This document shows positions 56,981 to 64,000 of a stretch of DNA of 64,000 nucleotides, piece by piece. The stretch's first letter is position 1; the number at the start of each line of letters is the position of its first letter. This DNA comes from Verrucomicrobiia bacterium (GTDB lineage: Bacteria > Verrucomicrobiota > Verrucomicrobiia > Limisphaerales > UBA1319), in assembly GCA_963664225.1 (NCBI GenBank), contig OY760937.1:2880001-2944000 (forward strand), written 5' to 3'. The notes below the pieces were generated by a model, which was not told where the DNA came from, searched no databases, and was given only the letters and a program-made list of their open reading frames with translations. The translations under genes were made by a program, and so were the position numbers.

Positions 56981-57941
56981 ATTGACTCAGACCGTGCTGA
57001 ACCGCCTTTGGTCGGCCTGGTCCCAAGTGGGTGTGATGGGAGGGGCAGCGCCGTCCCGTTCCCGCATTGTCGATCCTGAGCCATTGCTTCTCCTGACTTG
57101 GGCCTGCGCCCGGCAGGATGCAAGAATGTTCGATGAAGTGTTGGACTGGCTCGTGGAGAACGGCCGTTGGATCAATGTAATGCGACTCACAGCCCTCATG
57201 AAGGCGGACAAAGTCTGCCCACCTTCACTCGTTGGCGCCGTGGCGGCCTTCATGGCCGAACGTGTCAGGACACCCAAGTGGCGGAACCTTGCCAGGACAT
57301 GCCGCCCCGAATCCGGTGCGTCAACCGAACCGTTATTCCAACACCAGGGCAAACCGCTGGTCCTGATGGATCAGGAAAGCGATGGGATCTTTTCTGCTTA
57401 CGGCTGGCTGCGTTCAGCGATATGGCTCCGTGAACAATCCCAGAAACTGCCGACATGGACACCGGCCAGCCTGGTGTTGAAGTGCCGGGCTTTTTTTGGA
57501 GTGAGCATTCGCGCCGATGTGTTCGCCTATCTGGTGGCGCATGGTCCCGGCACCGCCAGCCGTTTGGCGCGCGAATTGGGCTATTCGCAACGTGGTGTTC
57601 AAGAAACACTGATGGATATGCAATCAGCCGGGCTGTTTCAAACCCGCTATGACGGCAGCCGGAAAGAGTATTCCATTGATTCCGCCAGGGGCTGGCCGCT
57701 TTTGTTTGAAGCGACGCCTCAACGCGCCGAATGGTTCAACTGGAGGGCGTATGGCCGGGCCGTTTCCATAATTTGGGATAAGGCATTCACGATTAAAGAA
57801 GAGGGGCTCTCGGATTATCTTTTTGAGTCGGAGATGGCCAAGGCGTTGAAGGAAGCGCAACCCGACTTCATCGCCGCCGGGCTGGCACTTTCGGAGCGTC
57901 CAACAACCGGGGAATTTCTGGACAAGTTGAAGCGAGATTGA
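56949..57941 (+). CDS. Hypothetical protein with internal winged-HTH, coupled to the nucleotidyltransferase
   Basis: 32-nt overlap with the upstream gene; HTH-like RADVFAYLVAHGPGTASRLARELGYSQRGVQETLMDMQSAGL. Confidence 0.7.
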   Translation: MKNLLQEFRTELTQTVLNRLWSAWSQVGVMGGAAPSRSRIVDPEPLLLLTWACARQDARMFDEVLDWLVENGRWINVMRLTALMKADKVCPPSLVGAVAAFMAERVRTPKWRNLARTCRPESGASTEPLFQHQGKPLVLMDQESDGIFSAYGWLRSAIWLREQSQKLPTWTPASLVLKCRAFFGVSIRADVFAYLVAHGPGTASRLARELGYSQRGVQETLMDMQSAGLFQTRYDGSRKEYSIDSARGWPLLFEATPQRAEWFNWRAYGRAVSIIWDKAFTIKEEGLSDYLFESEMAKALKEAQPDFIAAGLALSERPTTGEFLDKLKRD

Positions 57942-58010
57942 TCATTGGAAGTTGTCAAAGTGGGATGCTTGATAGCCCGATTTGGGGGCGATTTAAGCAG
58001 GTGTCGTTGT

Positions 58011-59861
58011 TTACCCGGCGGCGGGCGCGCTGTCTTGTAATATGGGCAGCGTGAAGAAAAAGGTGGCGCCGCGATTGGGTTCGGCCTCGGCCCAGACTCT
58101 GCCACCGTGACGCTTGACCACCCGCTGCACCAATGCCAGGCCCACGCCTGTGCCCTCGAATTCCTCCACTCTGTGCAGCCGCTGGAACACCCCGAAGAGC
58201 TTGGAAGCGTATTTCATTTCGAATCCCGCGCCGTTGTCTTTCACCGAATAGACTGCTTCGCCGCCCTGGATGGAACCGCTGACCACAATCTCCGCCCGCT
58301 CGCGCTTCCGCGTATATTTCAGGGCGTTATCGAGGAGGTTCACCCACACCTGCTGAATGAGCGCCGGATCCGCCTCCGCCCCCGGCAGAGGTTCCATGCG
58401 AAAATCCACCACTCGCTCCGGTTCGCTAAAGGCTAATTTGTCATAGACCTCGCGCACGAGCCTTGTCATGTCGATGGGCACTTTTCTGAGGGACTGCCGG
58501 CCCAGCCGTGAGAATCGCAAAAGGTCGTCGATAAGCTGGCCCATGCGCACGGCTTCGGAACGGATCACCTCGAGTTCCCGCTGGCCATTGCTGTCGAGCT
58601 GGGGGCCGCAATCGCTGACGAGCATATTCGCAAAGCCGTTGATCGTCCGCAGCGGGGCGCGCAGATCATGGGAGATGGAATAGGAGAAAGCCTCCAATTC
58701 TTTATTCGCAGCCTCCAATTGCGCGGTGCGGTCGCTGACGCGCTGTTCCAGTTCGATGTTCAGCTTTCGGATTTCCTCCTCGCTCCTCCTCAATGCCGCT
58801 TCGGCCTGTTTGCGGTGGCTGATTTCGCGGGAGAGCTTCTGATTCCATAAAATCAATCCTGTCAGGATCACACCGAACAGGGCCAGCGTCCTCCATAACA
58901 GTTTGTAGTTGAATCCATGCTCGTAACGGATGGGCACCCATTTACTGTAAATCTCAGCGCGTTCCATTTCGGACGCCGAATCCAGCGCCTTCTGAAGTAT
59001 TCCGGCCAGGATCGCCCAGTCTTTTCGCACCGCCATGGCGGTCTCATTGGAGTAAGGAGTCTCCCCCGCAATCTTGAGATTACTCAATTTCAGCTTGGCC
59101 AGGTAATAGCTGGTGACGAGCATGTTATCGATCAATGCAAAGACCTCGCCTTTTTCCAGAAGGTGCAACCCATCCTTCACCGACGGGACCTTGACCAGTT
59201 GGATACCCGGAAAGTCGCGCGGAATCAATTCGATCGCCATGTATCCCTCGACCACGGCCACTTTCTTGCCCGAGAGTTCCCGCATATCGGAGATGTAAGT
59301 CACATCCGAATGGGTGAGTATGACGAGGGGAATTTTCATGTACGGCTTGGTGAAGGCCCAGAATTCCGTGCGTTCGGGGGTCACGGTTACCGAAGTGGTC
59401 ATGTCGATATCCCAGCGCTTCAGACGCTCAAAAGATTGTTGCCAGGTCAGATTGCGAATCCGCACAAACTTGATCCCAAGGCGCTGTTCGATGAGCTTCA
59501 AATAATCGTCCGCGATGCCTGTGGGTTCTCCCTGTGCGTCGGCAAATTCAAACGGTGGCCAGCCGGGATCCTGAGTAACCCGTATGACGGGATGCGCCCG
59601 CAACCAAGTCCGCTCCTCCTCGGTTAAGGTTTTAAGAGCGGAGTTTGATTCCGGCGGTTGAATGGCGGCGCTATTCGACTCTCCCTGCACCCGACCGGTC
59701 TCCTGCCCGAAGCAGGCGGTGGCGGTCACAACGGCCAGGAATACAACGGCCAGCGCGAATACGGCGGCAAAACCCAGGCGCGCTTGGAGTGCCATCGGTG
59801 ACACACCATTGGGGCGCGTCATACTGGCAAAGGATTCCGCCGTTTTCCTGATGTCAGACAT
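58011..59861 (-). CDS. Sensor histidine kinase with periplasmic SBP_bac_3 domain
   Basis: LT.EE..WL..HP.IRV..DPGWPPFEF; H-box FSYSISHDLRAPL; NLLDNALKY, DNGAG, GTGVGL. Confidence 0.95.
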   Translation of the reverse strand: MSDIRKTAESFASMTRPNGVSPMALQARLGFAAVFALAVVFLAVVTATACFGQETGRVQGESNSAAIQPPESNSALKTLTEEERTWLRAHPVIRVTQDPGWPPFEFADAQGEPTGIADDYLKLIEQRLGIKFVRIRNLTWQQSFERLKRWDIDMTTSVTVTPERTEFWAFTKPYMKIPLVILTHSDVTYISDMRELSGKKVAVVEGYMAIELIPRDFPGIQLVKVPSVKDGLHLLEKGEVFALIDNMLVTSYYLAKLKLSNLKIAGETPYSNETAMAVRKDWAILAGILQKALDSASEMERAEIYSKWVPIRYEHGFNYKLLWRTLALFGVILTGLILWNQKLSREISHRKQAEAALRRSEEEIRKLNIELEQRVSDRTAQLEAANKELEAFSYSISHDLRAPLRTINGFANMLVSDCGPQLDSNGQRELEVIRSEAVRMGQLIDDLLRFSRLGRQSLRKVPIDMTRLVREVYDKLAFSEPERVVDFRMEPLPGAEADPALIQQVWVNLLDNALKYTRKRERAEIVVSGSIQGGEAVYSVKDNGAGFEMKYASKLFGVFQRLHRVEEFEGTGVGLALVQRVVKRHGGRVWAEAEPNRGATFFFTLPILQDSAPAAG

Positions 59862-59981
59862 GGTTTAGGCATTTGATTGTACTCGAATCACTGGCATTTG
59901 TCACTCACGCCTTCCTGCGAATGCGCTGTTGGGGTGCAGGACAAAATTCTTCGGCAAGATAACATGGTCTATAAATGAAAT

Positions 59982-60029
59982 CCCTCTCTCCAACTCTCTC
60001 CCCACTCGTGCCTCGCGGGGCGAGAGAGA
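59982..60029. repeat. Isolated REP-like hairpin (CCCTCTCTCC...CTCTCTCCCC...GGGGCGAGAGAG)
   Basis: Intergenic imperfect stem CTCTCTCCCC/GGGG(C)GAGAGAG; single copy in this window. Confidence 0.4.
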
Positions 60030-60204
60030 AGATCGCGCGTTCAGTTCTTTGAGCCGACCGTTTTCATTCGGCCTATATACTTCCATGTCGGTTAAAAGCC
60101 TTTTTCGGCATGCAGAAGAATTTTGTCCTGCACGCGCGCTGTTGCTCTTAAAAGTAGCTGGGCATTCCGTTGGCTTTGCCTTAAACTGCGGGTATTCTCT
60201 GTTT

Positions 60205-61080
60205 ATGAAAACAACGACAAAACGCCTTTTCCTGTCCGCACTGGCCGCCATTGTGTTCCTCAATTTCGCCGCTCGTGCCGCCGAACAGAGCCCTTACCCG
60301 TTCTTCCCCTTCTGCATCGACTGGCATGATTCGCAGAAACGCAATTTCGAACAACAGGCCGTGATGCTCAAGGAACTGGGCTATCCCGGTGTGGGCCACA
60401 TCTGGCTGGATAAACTCGAGGAGCGGATCAAGACGCTCGATGCCGCCGGGCTGAAGCTGTATCAGATCACCATGACGGTGGAGCTTGCGCCGGACAAGAC
60501 GCCGTATGACACGAACCGCTTCAAGGAAGTCTGCGCGCTTATCAAGGGCCGCCATGTGCAATTCTGCCTGCTGCTCAATGGCGCGAAGTCGTCCGACCCG
60601 TCCGTCGATCCGCGCGCGGTCGAAATTCTGCGCGCGATGTCCGATCAAGCCAAGGATTCCGGAGCGCAGTTATTGTTGTATCCACATCAAAGTTCCTGGG
60701 TCGAACGGATCGAGGATTCGGTGCGTGTGGGGGACAAGGTGGACCGCCCGAATGTGGGCGTGATGTTCAATCTCTGCCACTGGCTGCGCGTGGACAAAAG
60801 CCGCGACTACCGCCCGCTGCTCAAACAGGCGATGCCCAGGCTCTGGGCCATCTCGATCAATGGCGCGGATGAGTTCGACGCGAACCCCGGCTGGGACCAT
60901 TACATCCAACCGCTCGACAAGGGCAGTTTCGACGTGGGCCAATTTCTCAAAACGCTCAAGGAACTCGGATACAAAGGACCGATTGGGCTCCAGTGCTTCG
61001 GAATCGGTGGCGATACCCGCGAGCACCTGGCCCGCTCCCTGGCGGCGTGGCAGAAGCTCAGTGTGAATTTGAAGGACTGA
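60205..61080 (+). CDS. Secreted sugar-phosphate isomerase/epimerase-like TIM barrel (AP_endonuc_2)
   Basis: Signal peptide; LLLYPH, VGVMFNLCHWL, ISINGAD, IQPLDKGSFDV, YKGPIGLQC. Confidence 0.88.
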   Translation: MKTTTKRLFLSALAAIVFLNFAARAAEQSPYPFFPFCIDWHDSQKRNFEQQAVMLKELGYPGVGHIWLDKLEERIKTLDAAGLKLYQITMTVELAPDKTPYDTNRFKEVCALIKGRHVQFCLLLNGAKSSDPSVDPRAVEILRAMSDQAKDSGAQLLLYPHQSSWVERIEDSVRVGDKVDRPNVGVMFNLCHWLRVDKSRDYRPLLKQAMPRLWAISINGADEFDANPGWDHYIQPLDKGSFDVGQFLKTLKELGYKGPIGLQCFGIGGDTREHLARSLAAWQKLSVNLKD

Positions 61081-61146
61081 GGAGAGACCAACCGCGCGCA
61101 TCCGTTCGACCTCTTGCGTTTGGGATACTCAAAAGTATCTTAGCGG

Positions 61147-61671
61147 ATGCCGGACACTCCTGACATACCCGAATCAAACGATCCATTTGGGAAACAAGTG
61201 GCGCTTACCATTGCCCTGCTGGCCGTGGTCCTGGCCGTGATTTCAAACAAGGGTGACAGCGCGAAAACGGACGCGATCATCAAAACCAACGAGGCGTCCG
61301 ACCAGTGGGGGCACTATCAAGCCAAGAGCTTGAAACAAAACCTGTGCGAGACCGAGGGGCGACTATTGGCATTGCTACAAACCAGCGTCGATGCCACAGC
61401 CCGGACGGCCGCCATTGCCAAAACAGAAAGCGACGCGAAGCGCTATAATTCCGAAAAGGAAGAGCTCAAGGTTGAGGCTGAAAAACTCGTTGCCGCCGCC
61501 GACCACAACAGCAAAATCAATGACCGTTGCGATCTGGCATCCCTTGGATTGCAGATTGGCATTGTGGTTTGTTCGGTGTCGATTCTCTCCAAATGGCGGC
61601 TCTTCTGGTTCGTCGGCATCACACTCGGTCTCATCGGCGGTGCGATTGGAGTCACGGCGTTCCTGATGTAA
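61147..61671 (+). CDS. DUF4337 membrane protein
   Basis: VALTIALLAV.LA, ASDQW..YQAKS.KQ, LQIGIV..SVSIL. Confidence 0.88.
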   Translation: MPDTPDIPESNDPFGKQVALTIALLAVVLAVISNKGDSAKTDAIIKTNEASDQWGHYQAKSLKQNLCETEGRLLALLQTSVDATARTAAIAKTESDAKRYNSEKEELKVEAEKLVAAADHNSKINDRCDLASLGLQIGIVVCSVSILSKWRLFWFVGITLGLIGGAIGVTAFLM

Positions 61672-61716
61672 ATTCAGGGTTCGGACCAGGGCATACGAAC
61701 CTGACGCTGCTTCAGA

Positions 61717-62556
61717 TTAATCGCCAATCTGGCCGGGCTGGCCAGCGCCGGGCGAAGCAACGATGCGTGGCGCCTCCCACGCCTGGAAATTGCCATCGTC
61801 GGACTTATGAACCTCGACGTGGCCGTCGGCGAAACCATACGCCCTTACCCAACCGCCAGATGGGCTGGCGATACTTTGATTCTCACGCAGCACGATGATA
61901 TTGGCCGGATCGGTCAACGCCGATGAAGAACCATGGTAAAGGATATCGAACTGATTGGTCGCCAAAAGGGTTTCGTCTTTTGCATTGTCGGGCAAATAAG
62001 AGGCTGCCTGGCCAAAGTCCGCCGGATAGCGGCCCTGGTTTTTCTCAGCATAAGTAAAAAATGCCATAATCCAGTTTTTGGCATAGCCCATCTTGGCGAT
62101 TACTTGCTGCTTCCTGAGCGCATCCTTTTTTTCCTCATCCTCCGTGGTGGCCGGCTGGTTGGTCTGAGCCGTCTGACGAGCCAATTGCGCCTGGGCATTG
62201 GCATTTTCAGCAAGCAGTCTCTTTAACACGCCCACTTCGCCGCGCAGCTTCAGCAGTTCGCTTGGAACAGCACTGGCGCGAGAACTCTCCGCCTGCTTGA
62301 CCAGGTTCGAGAGACGCTCGTTTTCCGCGTCAACCTGGCCGAGGCGGGCGATCTGGTCCCGCAACGACTGGTTCTCCATTTTCAGCCGGGCTTGTGAACG
62401 ATACGATATTACGAGTGGAGTGGCCAAACCCGCCACAATCACAGCACTCAGAATTCCTGCTTTTAACCTCGTCATAATCATTAATTTGAAAAGAGTTCCA
62501 GTTCCAGACGCGGCCCCTGCCGCAACTCCTCCGGCAAGCGCTGCGGTCGCAATACT
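61717..62556 (-). pseudogene. 5'-truncated remnant: C-terminal extension of an ECF sigma-70-type fusion protein (residual ORF 61717-62481)
   Basis: The frame reads AASIATAALAGGVAAGAASGTGTLFKLMIMTRLKAGILSAVIVAGLATP...ELLKLRGEVGVL...YGFADGHVE, typical of such extensions. The sigma core is absent and a nadE-tail duplicate lies directly upstream. Confidence 0.6.
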
Positions 62557-62604
62557 GGCGGCATGCGCAGCGGTTCGGTCGCGCGGTGCTTCCGGCCGAT
62601 GTCC
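62557..62604 (-). repeat. Diverged duplicate of the nadE 3' end
   Basis: 62557-62588 is identical to 63014-63045 (32 bp); similarity extends to 62604/63061. Confidence 0.92.
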
Positions 62605-62686
62605 AAAGTATGGTATGCCAGCATATTATCTGCTGTAAGCTTGCCTATTGTGTGTTATTATCGCTCTTTCTTTTTAGGAACCTCAG

Positions 62687-62929
62687 TTACTTGCGTGGGT
62701 CTTTGCTCGTCAGATTGTTAATGAGTCCGTCATATCCAACGCAAGATATGACGAATGCTGGCACCGAAAATAACAATGGTACAAGGCGCCAGATATCAAA
62801 GAGTCCAGATCGTCGATCGAATACATCACCGCCCTGGAAAAATAAAATGGAATATATCCCTATAACGACGAGTATCAGTTGGCACGCAATCCATATGAGA
62901 ACTCCCGTTTTAACCAAGATTATTTTCAT
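62687..62929 (-). CDS. Small AT-rich two-TM membrane protein
   Basis: 80-aa ORF with two hydrophobic segments in a low-GC islet downstream of nadE. Confidence 0.5.
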   Translation of the reverse strand: MKIILVKTGVLIWIACQLILVVIGIYSILFFQGGDVFDRRSGLFDIWRLVPLLFSVPAFVISCVGYDGLINNLTSKDPRK

Positions 62930-62985
62930 TATAAAATGCCCCTAGTTGGGTGGTATCCGGCACTCAAACGACAAATGCTAATGCA

Positions 62986-63969
62986 TCAGACCCCTGCCGC
63001 CACCAAATCCACCGGCGGCATGCGCAGCGGTTCGGTCGCGCGGTGTTTCCGTCCAAAATCCGTGTAGGCGCGTTGAACCTGCGTTTCGGTCAATCCCATG
63101 ACGGGAGCGGCTTCGGCGGCAGGAATGCCGTGTTCCATGGCATACCAAAGCAGGTCCATGGTGGTGAAGGGCATGCGGAAAAAGAACTCCTCCTGGCTGC
63201 ACGGGGCGCTGTAAGTATCCGTGGTTGGCGTGCGCTTGAGGATGCTTTCGGGAACGCCCAGGTGGCGGGCCAGTTGATAGACCTGGGTTTTGTAGAGGTG
63301 GCCGATGGTCTGGATGTCCACGCCCGAGTCGCCGTATTTGACAAAGAATCCCTGGTCGTGCTCGTTTTTATTGGCGGTGCCCAGAACGGCGTAATTGTGG
63401 AGCTCCGCATGGTAATAGAGCATGGACATGCGGGTGCGCTGCTTGAGATTCGAGGCCGCCACGATCTGCAGGTAATCGGGCGCGGGCAGCGGTTTGCTCG
63501 ATTCGGTGCCATCGGGCGCAACAATTGTCACGGAGAATACATTCATCGCGTCCGAGTCGAGCAGGTTTTGCGGCAGCACAATCTTGGCCTTGTAACCCAG
63601 CTTCGCATCGTATTGTGGAAACACGCGCTTGATGGCTTCGTCCCGGCGACGATAACACCCGTAGCCTTCCAGTGCCGGAGCAATATCCTCGCGAATCGGT
63701 TTGACCCCGAATTTCTCGGCCAGCTCCCGCGCAAACTGCTCGCTCACCGGGTCGGAATCCTTCTCGGGCAACATCAACGCCACGATTTTATCCGGGCCGA
63801 AAGCCCGCACACCCAGGGCCAGCACCAGCGCGGAGTCAATCCCACCGCTGATCCCCACCACGCCGCCGTGGCGACGCATGACGGCCCGCGCCACATGCCG
63901 CATCGCCGTTATGATGCGGTCGGTTTCCACTGCCGCGTCGAGGACCAGAACATCCTTGTGAAAATTCAT
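62986..63969 (-). CDS. nadE: NH3-dependent NAD+ synthetase family protein
   Basis: VGISGGIDS, N.KQRTRM..LY, LGTANKNE...GFFVKYGD, LYKTQVY.LA, PTTD. Confidence 0.88.
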   Translation of the reverse strand: MNFHKDVLVLDAAVETDRIITAMRHVARAVMRRHGGVVGISGGIDSALVLALGVRAFGPDKIVALMLPEKDSDPVSEQFARELAEKFGVKPIREDIAPALEGYGCYRRRDEAIKRVFPQYDAKLGYKAKIVLPQNLLDSDAMNVFSVTIVAPDGTESSKPLPAPDYLQIVAASNLKQRTRMSMLYYHAELHNYAVLGTANKNEHDQGFFVKYGDSGVDIQTIGHLYKTQVYQLARHLGVPESILKRTPTTDTYSAPCSQEEFFFRMPFTTMDLLWYAMEHGIPAAEAAPVMGLTETQVQRAYTDFGRKHRATEPLRMPPVDLVAAGV

Positions 63970-64000
63970 ATCGTGTTTGTTTATTAGTATAATCAGGTTA

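Noticed and set aside
58011..59861. Histidine kinase as partner of the HDOD regulator at 35539-36786
   Set aside because: They are over 20 kb apart with no sequence evidence of pairing; orphan kinases are common.

Overview
A GC-rich (~58-60% by eye) bacterial chromosomal window. The gene repertoire (prepilin/H-X9-DG protein, lamin-tail/CotH protein, Ig-repeat proteins, DUF1080, ECF-sigma C-terminal extension) suggests Verrucomicrobiota, probably a Pedosphaera/Limisphaera-like lineage; this is inference. Bases 1-13044 form a probable D-apiose utilisation locus: apsD-apnO-oiaC-apnL-araC, a convergent GH140-LamG-beta-propeller operon, and a divergent prepilin plus LamG/Ig pair. The middle holds large secreted proteins, an orphan TRAP permease, an IS200-like Y1 transposase inside REP-like repeats, and a candidate oriC (DnaA boxes plus an AT-rich trio-like tract) upstream of dnaN-lspA-miaA. 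An AAA+/DUF4143 gene is bracketed by two copies of a phased triple-palindrome array. The right half mixes housekeeping genes (mqnD, trxA, dus, kamA-like, nth, accA, nadE) with small accessory modules: a DUF433/DUF5615 toxin-antitoxin pair with a frameshifted toxin, a frameshifted Abi-alpha gene, a DUF6036 nucleotidyltransferase plus wHTH pair, and a recombination scar at the nadE 3' end. No rRNA, tRNA or CRISPR array was recognised. All family assignments come from motif recognition by eye; no searches were run.
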